From positions 4,860-68,859 of IMG/VR virus record IMGVR_UViG_3300031565_000015: DNA of 64,000 nucleotides. The stretch is one strand, 5' to 3'. Position numbers and translations under genes: made by a program. The DNA is from a virus. Each line of letters starts with the position of its first letter. The stretch's first letter is position 1. The notes beneath the pieces were generated by a model. The model ran no database searches, was not told the origin of the DNA, and worked only from the letters and a program-made list of their open reading frames with translations. Below, one piece after another: positions 38,890 through 48,817 of the stretch.

Positions 38890-39339
38890 TTAAACCAGGA
38901 CCAAAAGCCCTGATACTTTAGCCGTAAACGAAGTCGTTCCGAGTCCAGACTTATCCATACCAACGTTGAATGTGGTGATTGTGCAGGAGCTTACGACCGT
39001 CGGCGCCCCGGTGGTCAGTGTGGGGCTGAAATACCCGGCGGTGGCGCAGGGTGTGTAGTAACTGGTGTCGTTGATGTACAGGCGGAGGCTTGTGAGCGCT
39101 GAATTATACAAGTTCGCCTGCTGTAGCGCCTGCTGGCCCGTAGTATCGGTCGGGTCGTAATGCCCATTAAAAGTAACAGACCCTCCGTCTTTCATCCCGT
39201 ATAGGAATGTTTTCCACTCATCACCAAACGCTGAACTGTCGAACTCCTCAACTGTAACTCCGTCATAACTCCAAGTGCCCATCCCGGCTACGGTGCTGGC
39301 CCCGAGAGTGACCTTGCCATCTTTACCTACAATAGCCAT
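38890..39339 (-). CDS. Major tail tube protein
   Basis: D.S.FGD.WKT...GMKDGGSVTFNGHYDP; position. Confidence 0.8.
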   Translation of the reverse strand: MAIVGKDGKVTLGASTVAGMGTWSYDGVTVEEFDSSAFGDEWKTFLYGMKDGGSVTFNGHYDPTDTTGQQALQQANLYNSALTSLRLYINDTSYYTPCATAGYFSPTLTTGAPTVVSSCTITTFNVGMDKSGLGTTSFTAKVSGLLVLV

Positions 39340-39350
39340 AATCTGTTCTC

Positions 39351-40580
39351 CTAAGTTTTCGGGGTCAGAACCTTACACATTTGGTGCAAAGTTTTGTTGA
39401 CCTCCATGGTTATTAAGTGCCCGACCTCGATTGAGGTATCCACAAAGATCCTCACTCCTACTGATCTGGCCTTACTGCAAAAATTTATATCTTCGCCCAC
39501 GTGTCTCCCGTCCACAAAGCCGAACTCGAACCATTTGCCATCTATTTTATCACCTATCTGCATATCAAACAAGAGACAGCCTGTTCCTGTAGCATCGATC
39601 TCAATTAGGTCTCCTGAATATGCTTCCTCATCTGACACGTTGTGGTACTTACCGAGTTCACCCCGAAGAAATATCGGATCGAACGGCATCCATCTCCTGT
39701 GGACCCTGACCCCACAGATGTCGACCTTGTGGGACATCAGTTTAGTGAGCGTATCGTGAGGGTAGACCTGATCGGTGTCGAGCATGAGCAGATATCTTGC
39801 GCCTTCCATCTGCGCCTGTTCTACCAGAGAGTTCCGCGCGTCTGCTATCGACATCCCCCACGGCCCGTGTGGGAATTTCGGGACCAGAAGAGTATATGAT
39901 TCAGGTTTCTCCATACAGGCATAAGATGTGAAGAATTGGACGGGCACTGTCGGGTCTACCAACGGAAATCCGATAGCTATTTTATTCCCGTACCTCTCTC
40001 GTTTCCGGCGGATGTAAGTCTTGCGGTCCTTCGCCAATACGTCATCCGAGTATGAAATCTTCAGGGCTGCGTCCTCGGAATCCCCTCTTCCGTTAAAAGG
40101 GTGGTCGTGAAGTATCTTAGAGCCTTTAGCAACTTTAAACCTCCCCATCTCGGAAGCGATATCTCTCAACTCATCATCGCTGAAACAATGATGATATTCT
40201 GTCGAGTAGAAAGATTCTCCACCCGTAAATTCAAGCATTTTCTTGTGAGACAGGACGTGGCCGTAGTCCATCCAGTCCCCTCTCAGTTCTGTCATCAACC
40301 CTACGACACCCCACCCGTCTTCAAACGTCTCCATTGTGGCCACAGCTTCTTCAAGGAAACCTGCTTGCGGTACCGAATCATCCCCGAGTAACAAAACAAG
40401 GTCGTATTTCGTTTGCGCTATCATAGGGATTATCTTTTTAAGCACACTGGTCTCGGATTTATCGACTTTTGAGATTATCTCGTACTCAATGTCACCGGCG
40501 TTGGCCGCTATCGCTTTCAGACAATCGTTCACCTTTTCAGTCCTGGTAATTGGTATAACTATCGACACTCCCGGTCTCAT
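39351..40580 (-). CDS. Glycosyltransferase with two GT2/GT-A domains
   Basis: VSIVIP...LLGDD...SDDEL; second domain ARN...MLDTD...GTGCLL...GEDINFC. Confidence 0.85.
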   Translation of the reverse strand: MRPGVSIVIPITRTEKVNDCLKAIAANAGDIEYEIISKVDKSETSVLKKIIPMIAQTKYDLVLLLGDDSVPQAGFLEEAVATMETFEDGWGVVGLMTELRGDWMDYGHVLSHKKMLEFTGGESFYSTEYHHCFSDDELRDIASEMGRFKVAKGSKILHDHPFNGRGDSEDAALKISYSDDVLAKDRKTYIRRKRERYGNKIAIGFPLVDPTVPVQFFTSYACMEKPESYTLLVPKFPHGPWGMSIADARNSLVEQAQMEGARYLLMLDTDQVYPHDTLTKLMSHKVDICGVRVHRRWMPFDPIFLRGELGKYHNVSDEEAYSGDLIEIDATGTGCLLFDMQIGDKIDGKWFEFGFVDGRHVGEDINFCSKARSVGVRIFVDTSIEVGHLITMEVNKTLHQMCKVLTPKT

Positions 40581-40966
40581 TTATAATACCTCGCCATATA
40601 TTTTATCATGTATCTGAAATACTCATCGTTCTCTCCGTCCCGTAAAGGCTGTTGGTACCCACGTTCCATAATAATCGAAGTGTACCCAGTAGCAGTGGGT
40701 CTCGCGTCGTCATACAGAGTCGTAAGTGCTCCGTAAGCAGTGTCTCTCAGAGCAGATGTGGCAGCTATTATGTCGAATTGAATTGATACCAGTTCATACA
40801 TCTTGCCAGCAAACCAATAGTCCGGGACAGCGAAAACATTAAAAAAAGCGTAAGTCATGGTAGCCCCCTGCGGAGCACGCTCTCTGAACATCCCTCCGGG
40901 CAGAGCGGCTTTCAGTGCTGCGCTCCCTGAGTATTTTGCGTATATTCCGGCTAATATCGCTTTCAT
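40577..40966 (-). CDS. Tail terminator-like protein
   Basis: Position; APQGA..Y...IQFDI. Confidence 0.65.
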   Translation of the reverse strand: MKAILAGIYAKYSGSAALKAALPGGMFRERAPQGATMTYAFFNVFAVPDYWFAGKMYELVSIQFDIIAATSALRDTAYGALTTLYDDARPTATGYTSIIMERGYQQPLRDGENDEYFRYMIKYMARYYK

Positions 40967-41220
40967 TGCTTCGCCTGTAATGGGATTAAATCATACCCAT
41001 AGTGTTTTGCGGCTTCACGAACATTTTCCAACGATAGAAGTGGCTCTGCTTCAATATCAAGACCTTCCATATATAAGCTTATCTGTGCTGAACAGATTTC
41101 ATCTCTCCGCATTCTGATATCACATTTAGTGATTCCGGAAATCTTCCGCCCGTCAGACGATATAAACTCCGCGTCACGAGTGTTCGAACTGCATTTTATC
41201 CTAATGTATTCTTTTACCAT
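40963..41220 (-). CDS. Hypothetical protein
   Basis: GGAGG RBS; ATGA overlap. Confidence 0.5.
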   Translation of the reverse strand: MVKEYIRIKCSSNTRDAEFISSDGRKISGITKCDIRMRRDEICSAQISLYMEGLDIEAEPLLSLENVREAAKHYGYDLIPLQAKQ

Positions 41221-41232
41221 AATCTCCTCCCG

Positions 41233-41577
41233 TTATTTAACCCCGAATTGTTGCCGAGCAAGCGATATGTTCATCATCCTGGCAGGCTCAAGGTACGGAT
41301 GGGGTTGCGCTGGTCGTGGGCCTCCGTGTCCATGCTCTACCAAAAACGCCTGCATGGCCCCCTTACCACCTGCTCTGGTAATATATCCGCCATCTGGAAA
41401 TTTACTTTTCTTGGCACGGATAGACCGTCTGAGGGCTCCGGTCTTATCCTGGAAGCCGGGCACCATGGACTTAGCGTCCCGGGCGATCTGCTTTGCTATT
41501 ATCTCGGATTTCTCATCCAGAAACCTCTCCAGTTCCTCCATGAATGGCTCGACATTCCAGGTCACTGTTGCTGTCAT
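41233..41577 (-). CDS. HK97 gp10-like tail completion protein
   Basis: TGALRRSI...VEHG...HPYLEPA. Confidence 0.8.
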   Translation of the reverse strand: MTATVTWNVEPFMEELERFLDEKSEIIAKQIARDAKSMVPGFQDKTGALRRSIRAKKSKFPDGGYITRAGGKGAMQAFLVEHGHGGPRPAQPHPYLEPARMMNISLARQQFGVK

Positions 41578-41897
41578 GCTTTCACCTCGCACCATAAGAT
41601 CATATCATTATCCCTCCCGTAATCTTGTGTGGATGTGATATCATAATTCTTGCCGCCTGTCACTACTCTTACCGATGTGACGATCCGACTGTCCCGGCGG
41701 ATCTTCAGTTTTATCATCTCATTGGACGTCAGCTTGCCGGACTCTATCAGTTCATTGCCTTTCAGTGGCATTCGCTTTGCCCGAGTCGGGGCGCCGGCAA
41801 TAGCCGCCCATGTCTGAGTCGGAGAACCTGTCGAGTCTACACCCGTAGAGAAAGACTGAAACTGAACAACAGTATCGAGATCTCCCGCCCGTATCAT
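41574..41897 (-). CDS. Head closure protein (SPP1 gp16-like)
   Basis: RAGDL...D.TG....W...G.E...IR...YDI. Confidence 0.8.
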   Translation of the reverse strand: MIRAGDLDTVVQFQSFSTGVDSTGSPTQTWAAIAGAPTRAKRMPLKGNELIESGKLTSNEMIKLKIRRDSRIVTSVRVVTGGKNYDITSTQDYGRDNDMILWCEVKA

Positions 41898-42700
41898 GCG
41901 AACCACCCGAGTCTGTAATTTCCGAGCAGATTTTGAAGATAGTTCGGTATTACCTGGATTGTCTGACCCTGACCGATCACAATAGTCTCTCGGTTGGCGT
42001 AAGCATCTCCTACCATCATCAGAATAGCGACCCTGATCGGTTCCGGAACTGCGAGTGGTACTGCCACACCACCGGTGGTGTAAGCGGCGTTATATGATGA
42101 TCCATCGAGGCTGTAGGTGTCAGCCGTCAGTTTGGTTATATTCCAGGTGCCGTTGGCGTTCGTGTTCCCGCCGACATCCGATATGCGTACCCTGCGGCCC
42201 GTAAGGTACCCATGCCCGACCTGTGGGATCACAATGGGTGAGGCTGAAGATGCTCCGGTGATTGCCGTTGCAGCATGAGTTCCATATCCGCAGGTGAACT
42301 CGATCCGGATAGGGTTGCTCGGATACAGGCTCTCTGTCGGCCAGGACTCGTTATACCCAAGGACCACTCGGCCCGGGTCAGATTCGATATCAACGATATA
42401 CTCTGAGGCAGTTACCGTATTCTCGGTCCCGTCCGTATCGAGATACTTCACACTCCCGACTGATTGGAGCGTACCGTAAGGCATATTAAACCAGTCGCCT
42501 GCCGGCCACTCATCTGCGTAGGCAGTCCAGGTCTGGGTCAGCAGTTTGCGGTTGGTGATACTCTCAACGGAAGCCACGGCTGAGAATATGAGTGACTGAA
42601 CGTACCCGTAGTCTTCACTCGGAACACCATTTAGATGCTTGATCGCTTCGTCCAGAGAGACCACGTTGCCTGTCGGTTCTGTTACTATTTTAGTTTTCAT
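41894..42700 (-). CDS. Head-tail connector (HK97 gp6-like) with inserted beta domain
   Basis: VSLDEA..HL...T.R.L.TQTW...GYG [insert] VPEPIRVAILMMVGDAYANRE. Confidence 0.8.
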   Translation of the reverse strand: MKTKIVTEPTGNVVSLDEAIKHLNGVPSEDYGYVQSLIFSAVASVESITNRKLLTQTWTAYADEWPAGDWFNMPYGTLQSVGSVKYLDTDGTENTVTASEYIVDIESDPGRVVLGYNESWPTESLYPSNPIRIEFTCGYGTHAATAITGASSASPIVIPQVGHGYLTGRRVRISDVGGNTNANGTWNITKLTADTYSLDGSSYNAAYTTGGVAVPLAVPEPIRVAILMMVGDAYANRETIVIGQGQTIQVIPNYLQNLLGNYRLGWFA

Positions 42701-44334
42701 TCAATCCATCCTCTAACTGCTGCTGTGCATGTAGTTCCGCCAGCCGAATAGTCGCCCACTGCCGTCATTTTGATATCTGTCTTCTCTGGAAAAGATCCTG
42801 GCACTTCGAGGGGTCTAAATGACGACCCGTTAAGAGAAAACAACTCACCGGCAGGAAGGAAAAAAGTCTTTCCGAACAATCTATACTTTGGAGTAAAAGT
42901 TACAGCGTTAAGCTTCAAGGAGTTCCCACCGGCACCACTGCCGACATTCAGACTTGTAAGGTGTAAAGTCTTTCCAGCGGGAACCGTATAAATCAATTGC
43001 CTACAGGCGGTAAGCCCTATTGGTATTACAGAGTAGGTTATCGTATTTGGGGTGCCTGAAGTATTCTTAACTGTTATGCGCCCGACTGCTCCACCGGAAG
43101 ACCCTACCTGAGTGGCATAACAGGAATTTATTCGTAAAAACAGCGCCGTCGTGGTCACAACTCCTGTTCCGTTCAGAGTAACTTCCTCCGAAATCTCAGC
43201 ATAGTTTGCGTCAAGTCCCGACAGCATCATCTTTTCCACACCTGTGTTGCCCTCATCATCATTGGCAGAGGTAGAAACCACATTCAACTGCTGGGCCGCC
43301 GCCGGGAAAACATACAGGCTCGCAGTACCACCTTCTCCTTCCCACACATCAACGGCAGTGGCGTTCACACCAGAAACCCTCCCAAACTTACTGTAGGGGG
43401 TGTGGCCAGCTATATCACCCTCCGACAATGCCAATAGGTAATCCTGTGAACAGATCTGCGGAGACTCCGCGTTGAACTGAAGACCTTTGTACGTTCCGGT
43501 TACTGTGTCGTATATCTTACCTGATACTTCGGCTCCAGTTGAGTCGAATTGGGTTGTTTTCAACTGAGTATTAGAATTTACAGATACCCCAGACTCCAGT
43601 TCTTCCAGACTGACCTTTATATTGGCGCCGTTCGTCAGGCTAACATTATCGTAAACTCCATCGGCTCTTTGGCCCGTTATAACAGCTTTCACAAGCTCGG
43701 CGTCATCCTGACTAACAATAGGGTCATCTATGTTATGACTTGACCACTTGATTGGGCCTTTTTTAATAACAGGGTGAATATAAAAAGATGTTTGCGCAAC
43801 TGCCCCGTTAGTATAAACCATCCGATAATAAGCTGACTGGGCGGAAGGCGAGAAGAACTTATTGGCCCCAGCGACAATATCATAGCACTCCCCTTCATGC
43901 CAGTCTGTGCCGTTACAAGAATACTGTACCGACAGCTCGCCTGCTTGATCAGATCCAACCAGTGTGGCGATACAAGAATACCCAAGTATATTGGTGGCCG
44001 TTCCGGTAAAAACTTCCGCAATACCAAGGGGTGTTATAGTTGTATTATTAACATCTATTTTCCCATCTAATATCACATGTAGCTGACCGTCGGCGTCTAT
44101 GGCTGCTTGGTTCGTACCATCTGTTATAATTACTTCAGTCCCTGACGCAAGTGCCACTGTTGGGCTCACAAGATACCAAGCATCGTCCGCAAGATTGAAG
44201 AAATACGTCTTACTGGTATCAACTTCCCGCCACCGGGAGCCGTTAGGTACGGTATTCCCGGCAGCGATAGTCGGTTTGGTCTCGGTTGACTTCCCCGAGA
44301 AGTTTTTTATGGTTGTCTCAAAAGAGTCAGACAT
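42697..44334 (-). CDS. Virion structural protein (head fibre/decoration-like)
   Basis: Beta-rich; YTVPAGKT motif; TAATG coupling; within the head module. Confidence 0.6.
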   Translation of the reverse strand: MSDSFETTIKNFSGKSTETKPTIAAGNTVPNGSRWREVDTSKTYFFNLADDAWYLVSPTVALASGTEVIITDGTNQAAIDADGQLHVILDGKIDVNNTTITPLGIAEVFTGTATNILGYSCIATLVGSDQAGELSVQYSCNGTDWHEGECYDIVAGANKFFSPSAQSAYYRMVYTNGAVAQTSFYIHPVIKKGPIKWSSHNIDDPIVSQDDAELVKAVITGQRADGVYDNVSLTNGANIKVSLEELESGVSVNSNTQLKTTQFDSTGAEVSGKIYDTVTGTYKGLQFNAESPQICSQDYLLALSEGDIAGHTPYSKFGRVSGVNATAVDVWEGEGGTASLYVFPAAAQQLNVVSTSANDDEGNTGVEKMMLSGLDANYAEISEEVTLNGTGVVTTTALFLRINSCYATQVGSSGGAVGRITVKNTSGTPNTITYSVIPIGLTACRQLIYTVPAGKTLHLTSLNVGSGAGGNSLKLNAVTFTPKYRLFGKTFFLPAGELFSLNGSSFRPLEVPGSFPEKTDIKMTAVGDYSAGGTTCTAAVRGWIE

Positions 44335-44912
44335 TATTCTGAAATTTCTTCCCACATAAAACTAAATTGAATAGAAGTAGCTCCAGTTGCCAGGGTGGTG
44401 TCAGTCACAATCGAGCGACCAGGGGCAAGGATAATGCTACCTCCAAGATCGATGATCCCTCTGGAAGTTAATGCCGTAGTTGCATTAGTCCCGATAGACC
44501 CCAACACTTTAACGATAATAGGGACAACTATTGTGGCAGCGTCATCAACATAAGCTACCGATGTGGCGTACGCGTTCCGGGTACACCTGGCGACAATAGC
44601 AGCCGCAAAGCCTGAATCAGTTGTAGTGGCCAGAGCGAGAACAGAATCTCCGGCGGCAGCTTGATCCAAAGCCCATCCAAATTCATGGACAATAATAATT
44701 TTTCCACTGCCGGTTGGGTTCGCGAGCCCAAGACCCGTAAAGGTTGTGTTTAAAGTTGTACTTGTGCTTACCGGGGTTTGGTTGGCAGCATAAAAAAGCC
44801 TTCCGTTAATGGCCGCGTCTGCGTATTTTCCACCCCCAGGAACTGTAACCAATTTCCTGTCTGAATTAATCAATGGCGCCTGTCCGACGCCAGCCGTTGT
44901 TTTTCCGTACAT
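44334..44912 (-). CDS. Putative virion structural protein
   Basis: LANPTGSGK...W.E beta-sandwich pattern. Confidence 0.55.
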   Translation of the reverse strand: MYGKTTAGVGQAPLINSDRKLVTVPGGGKYADAAINGRLFYAANQTPVSTSTTLNTTFTGLGLANPTGSGKIIIVHEFGWALDQAAAGDSVLALATTTDSGFAAAIVARCTRNAYATSVAYVDDAATIVVPIIVKVLGSIGTNATTALTSRGIIDLGGSIILAPGRSIVTDTTLATGATSIQFSFMWEEISE

Positions 44913-44924
44913 TAGTAATCCCCT

Positions 44925-45107
44925 TTATTGATAGTTCAACGCATAAATTCTACGCAAATCCTGCTCCCACGCACCGTCATAATAGATATACTCTTCACCA
45001 GTATCTACTACGTGGATTGTGGACCCTTCTGCCACCGCAGTTTCAGGCCACGCATCAGAGGACAGAACATTCCACCGATGAATAACCGTTTGCAATTTAA
45101 CAGTCAT
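44925..45107 (-). CDS. Small structural protein
   Basis: GS....VDTG..Y....W motif shared with the N-terminus of 42697..44334. Confidence 0.55.
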   Translation of the reverse strand: MTVKLQTVIHRWNVLSSDAWPETAVAEGSTIHVVDTGEEYIYYDGAWEQDLRRIYALNYQ

Positions 45108-45116
45108 GGTGTCACC

Positions 45117-45641
45117 CTACCTGATTGCTTCTACATAAGCCCCATCACTCATGGGGACATAGAACAGTGAATGATACCCGGCACCGGCTGTTTGACTCGC
45201 AGTTGTGGTCAAATGCCCGATAGTCCCTACCCCATCCTTGTATCCAACGATCATCGGCTGGACGCAGGGGAGGTCAGAAATACCGCCGGTTGTGTTGGTA
45301 CTTACATGAGTTGTTCCACCAACAGCCCCGCCAGTCCAATAAACTCTTCCACCGACAGTAATACTGGCGATAGAAAGACTTACGAGGCCCAGTTTTGTCG
45401 AAACTATTGCGGGGGTATGAGTGGCAGACGAGTATGTGTATTGAAACAACGTCGCGTCTGCTGCGAAATTCGTTGTGACTTCAAGCATCAAATTCATCAG
45501 GAGGATTCGCCCATATACATTAAAATCCTCTACTTGGGTTTGTGCCATGTATGTCGTGTTCAACATAACTCCAGTGTCGACCTGCATACCTCTAATGAGG
45601 TCGCCAATTCTTGCTCTTGTACTTGGTGCGTAGTTAGCCAT
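45117..45641 (-). CDS. Putative virion structural protein
   Basis: RBS; head module. Confidence 0.55.
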   Translation of the reverse strand: MANYAPSTRARIGDLIRGMQVDTGVMLNTTYMAQTQVEDFNVYGRILLMNLMLEVTTNFAADATLFQYTYSSATHTPAIVSTKLGLVSLSIASITVGGRVYWTGGAVGGTTHVSTNTTGGISDLPCVQPMIVGYKDGVGTIGHLTTTASQTAGAGYHSLFYVPMSDGAYVEAIR

Positions 45642-45653
45642 TTGTCAGCTCTC

Positions 45654-45932
45654 CTATCTTCTTTTGGTGTTTCGTTTCGGCGTTATTGCCGGTTTTTCCA
45701 CTTCAGGTTCTTCTTCCGGTACTTCAGGTACTTCAGGTACTTCAGGTACTTCAGGTACTTCAGGTTTCACCTTAGCAGCCTGTTCCGCTTCATAAACTTC
45801 ATCCAGGTGGGTCTGGTACGGAACGGCTATCCCATTCTCACAGAACCTTCGGGCGAGGGACCTTTCGACATAACAGGACTGACCGTCTTTGTAGCCATCC
45901 TTATCTTGTTTAAAATAAATGTGCATAGTCAT
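45654..45932 (-). CDS. Small head-module protein with PEV repeats
   Basis: 9-bp repeat ggtacttca at about 45710-45767. Confidence 0.55.
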   Translation of the reverse strand: MTMHIYFKQDKDGYKDGQSCYVERSLARRFCENGIAVPYQTHLDEVYEAEQAAKVKPEVPEVPEVPEVPEVPEEEPEVEKPAITPKRNTKRR

Positions 45933-45978
45933 CTTACACTCTCCTTTTTATAGGGGGCCGTTAAGCCCCCTTGCTATT

Positions 45979-46449
45979 TTAGGCAGTGGCTGTCAATGAC
46001 CGATTACCTGTGTATCTGGGTTCAAGGATTGCTACTGCATGGACGACTGCCGAAGTGCCGGCGGCAGAAATTGCAACCGTCAACCAGTTCTCGCCATTGG
46101 CCACATCCATGTCACTTCCATCAACTTCCAGGACCAACATCTTATTGGCAAAGGTGGCCGCAGCAATGGTGAGGGTGGCCGCGGAAACATTGGCTGTTAG
46201 AACGTCGGCATTGGCAGACCCGATAGTCGCTCCGCCATAGGCGTAGTCGAAGGTCAGGGCGCTGGTGGTGGCCCCGTCCGTGGCGCCAGAATTGACAGTC
46301 AGAACAGCATCGCCCACCATCGCCCCGAAGGTGATGATAATGGCTGCTCGGTGAAAACCTTTCATGTTAATGGAGTCCATTGAGACTCCGGCACCTGTGT
46401 CCGCGCTGTTAAGGATCGGGACAATCTTTTTCTCTTCTGCTAATCTCAT
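45979..46449 (-). CDS. Capsid decoration-like protein
   Basis: DSINMKGF...PRY; downstream of the capsid gene. Confidence 0.6.
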   Translation of the reverse strand: MRLAEEKKIVPILNSADTGAGVSMDSINMKGFHRAAIIITFGAMVGDAVLTVNSGATDGATTSALTFDYAYGGATIGSANADVLTANVSAATLTIAAATFANKMLVLEVDGSDMDVANGENWLTVAISAAGTSAVVHAVAILEPRYTGNRSLTATA

Positions 46450-46459
46450 TTTTAATACC

Positions 46460-47467
46460 TCATATTGTTAATTGTTCATTGCATATTAATTCGCGGTAAG
46501 TGCACCCTTCCGTCATGTGAAGCTCCTTATGACATAACTTACAAAGAGTTATGCAGTTGTCCGGGTCATTACCGACCATCTTATTCTGAGTGTAGCTTAA
46601 AATATGATGGCAATGTAAAGTTTTTTCTGACCCGCATTTCTGACAACGGTAGCCGTCACGCTTTAAAACAAGTTGTCTTAGAAAAGGAACAACTTCTCTG
46701 GATGTGGCTTTTTTAAAACCTTTTGGGAATGAACGCCGGTGATAGATCGAACATGCGTCCTTGCATCCTTCGTCACAATAAAATCTGCTTTCTTGGCTGA
46801 TTGATCCTCTGCCATTGAGAGATTTTATTCTGTCTTGGACCTGCTCCCTTGTAGGGACTACTGCCTTACCGCAATACGTGCATTCTACTGAAAGCGAGCC
46901 GTCTTCATTTTCTGATACTTTTTCAGCGAAGGATAGTTGCGACGCATAGGTTTCATACGACGCAACTTGATTTCCCCCGGCCCAATTAGGGCTTTGCTCG
47001 CCAGAAAAATGTTTACTGATACCCGCGTACTGACAGGCATTGTCGCAATAGACGTTGCCTGTCTCGGGTATCCTCGACGGGTTTACTTCCATCGCTTTTC
47101 CACAACTTGCACACTTCGTTTTTATCTTCTGGACATACTTCGGGTTGTTCTCGCCCATAAACCTTTCTTTTGCGGCTTTCCTGTTCCATTGCTGGAAATG
47201 TTTTTTACCGCAAAAGAAATTTCCGGTTTTATTACTTTTGATATCTTTAGGGAATACAGAAACGTCTTTGCCACAAACGGCGCAATTGAATATCTTGGAC
47301 TTCAACGCAACTTTCACACCGTGCTTTTTTAGCCAATTACCGATGGAGTTTTTACTAAACCCAATCTCTGCTACTATTTGGCTAAAACTTAGACCATTTT
47401 TATACAACTCAATAGCCTTTTTTTGTGTTTCCAGAGAAGCTCTATTTCTGTATTTACTTGGCATCAA
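46460..47467 (-). CDS. Free-standing HNH homing endonuclease with HTH and Zn ribbons
   Basis: N-terminal HTH, repeated CxxCGK, RDGYRCQKC...HH...N.ITLC..CH. Confidence 0.8.
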   Translation of the reverse strand: MMPSKYRNRASLETQKKAIELYKNGLSFSQIVAEIGFSKNSIGNWLKKHGVKVALKSKIFNCAVCGKDVSVFPKDIKSNKTGNFFCGKKHFQQWNRKAAKERFMGENNPKYVQKIKTKCASCGKAMEVNPSRIPETGNVYCDNACQYAGISKHFSGEQSPNWAGGNQVASYETYASQLSFAEKVSENEDGSLSVECTYCGKAVVPTREQVQDRIKSLNGRGSISQESRFYCDEGCKDACSIYHRRSFPKGFKKATSREVVPFLRQLVLKRDGYRCQKCGSEKTLHCHHILSYTQNKMVGNDPDNCITLCKLCHKELHMTEGCTYRELICNEQLTI

Positions 47468-47488
47468 TAAAATCCCCTAAAGCCTTTA

Positions 47489-48802
47489 TTATGCTCTCGT
47501 ATCCAATTTAATAAAATGACTTAAGGTCGATGTGCCCTTGAAAGGCGTAATTGGCGATCCTAAAAGCGGTTGGCCGTCAAATCTGTAGGTAAATTTGAAT
47601 GTGCTCTCGTCTACCAGGAATTGAACATGCACAGAAACATCACCTTTCAACCCACCTTTGTCAATAGCTTTATACTGGCTGAAATCGCACAGCATAATGT
47701 CTCCTGTTGTACCTACGGTTTGACATTGCTCAATCGGAACTACAGGGCGGCCAAACAAGGTGCCATAAGGACTTACAGAAACACCGCCAGCGGGCATGTA
47801 AACAGGAACACCGCCGGTACCGACCGCGATACTCATCTGATTCAACTGAGGCTCACAATCCTGATTAATAATCCATACCGCGTTCGGGCGGGATTTTGCC
47901 ATCAAACGGGACCACATGTTGTTGATGTTCTCAAAAACGATGGTGCCAGCAGCTTGCCCATTCTCTTTACCGACAGAAACGACACACCCTGAGTTAAGAA
48001 TGCCGAGAGCTTCCCCCGCACCTGTTCCATTTATGATATGGTCTGTGAGTTTGAAATCAAACTCATCTCTGAACCCTTCAGTGATGGTCTGCGCCAGAGC
48101 GTTTGTGTCTTCAAGAAGCTCATCAGTGGCATAGCAAATACCCATGAGTTTGTTTAGCTTCAAACTGATTTGCCTGAACTTCGGTCTACTCGCTGTTACC
48201 GCTGCGGCTTCTGCGGCTGTGTAAACTGCGATACCGCCCGCTCGGGAGCCATTAACCCTGGAGGTCTCATCGAGACCATTGAGCTCCATACTGTTCTTGT
48301 TTCCGGACAACGTGATTTTCGAAACTTTGGGCAGGATCATTCCTGAGTCCCATACGTTCTTCAGAATACTGTCGGAGTATTCAGTCTGAACCAGGAACCC
48401 TCCGTCGGATGGAGTGGTTTCGTTCAAGCCAGAAGCCGCATTGTATAGTCGCGGGTCTACTGCCCCGCCTCTGGTTCCAGCCACCATAACAGCCGCCATC
48501 TGAGAGCCGAAAGAAGCGAACTTATCCTTGGTCCGGTTGTCCACACCTACTTCATACTTGGAACCGTCTTTTACAGCAGTCTTCCTGGGCAGAGGGGCAT
48601 CCAGTCTTGACGTAATTTCTTCCTGGCGTTCCATGGCGAGAACCATTTTCTCGACATCTTCAATTTTATCGAGGATGTCATTTTTCAAATCAATTTCTTC
48701 GCCCGTTAAGTCTCTGGACGCAGAAATGGCAGCGGCATCGAGGTCGCCTACTTTATTGGTGAGATCTTTGATCTCCTGTCGGTACTGAGTGATTGTCTTC
48801 AT
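47489..48802 (-). CDS. Major capsid protein (HK97 fold)
   Basis: Coiled-coil delta domain; DGGFLV, ELLED, GTG...GIL, LFGRPV, R.DG.P. Confidence 0.92.
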   Translation of the reverse strand: MKTITQYRQEIKDLTNKVGDLDAAAISASRDLTGEEIDLKNDILDKIEDVEKMVLAMERQEEITSRLDAPLPRKTAVKDGSKYEVGVDNRTKDKFASFGSQMAAVMVAGTRGGAVDPRLYNAASGLNETTPSDGGFLVQTEYSDSILKNVWDSGMILPKVSKITLSGNKNSMELNGLDETSRVNGSRAGGIAVYTAAEAAAVTASRPKFRQISLKLNKLMGICYATDELLEDTNALAQTITEGFRDEFDFKLTDHIINGTGAGEALGILNSGCVVSVGKENGQAAGTIVFENINNMWSRLMAKSRPNAVWIINQDCEPQLNQMSIAVGTGGVPVYMPAGGVSVSPYGTLFGRPVVPIEQCQTVGTTGDIMLCDFSQYKAIDKGGLKGDVSVHVQFLVDESTFKFTYRFDGQPLLGSPITPFKGTSTLSHFIKLDTRA

Positions 48803-48817
48803 CGTAAATTTACTCCT

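Noticed and set aside
46460-47467. HNH gene as part of a group I intron in the capsid gene
   Set aside because: The capsid gene ends with its own stop and the flanks are too short for an intron core; treated as free-standing.
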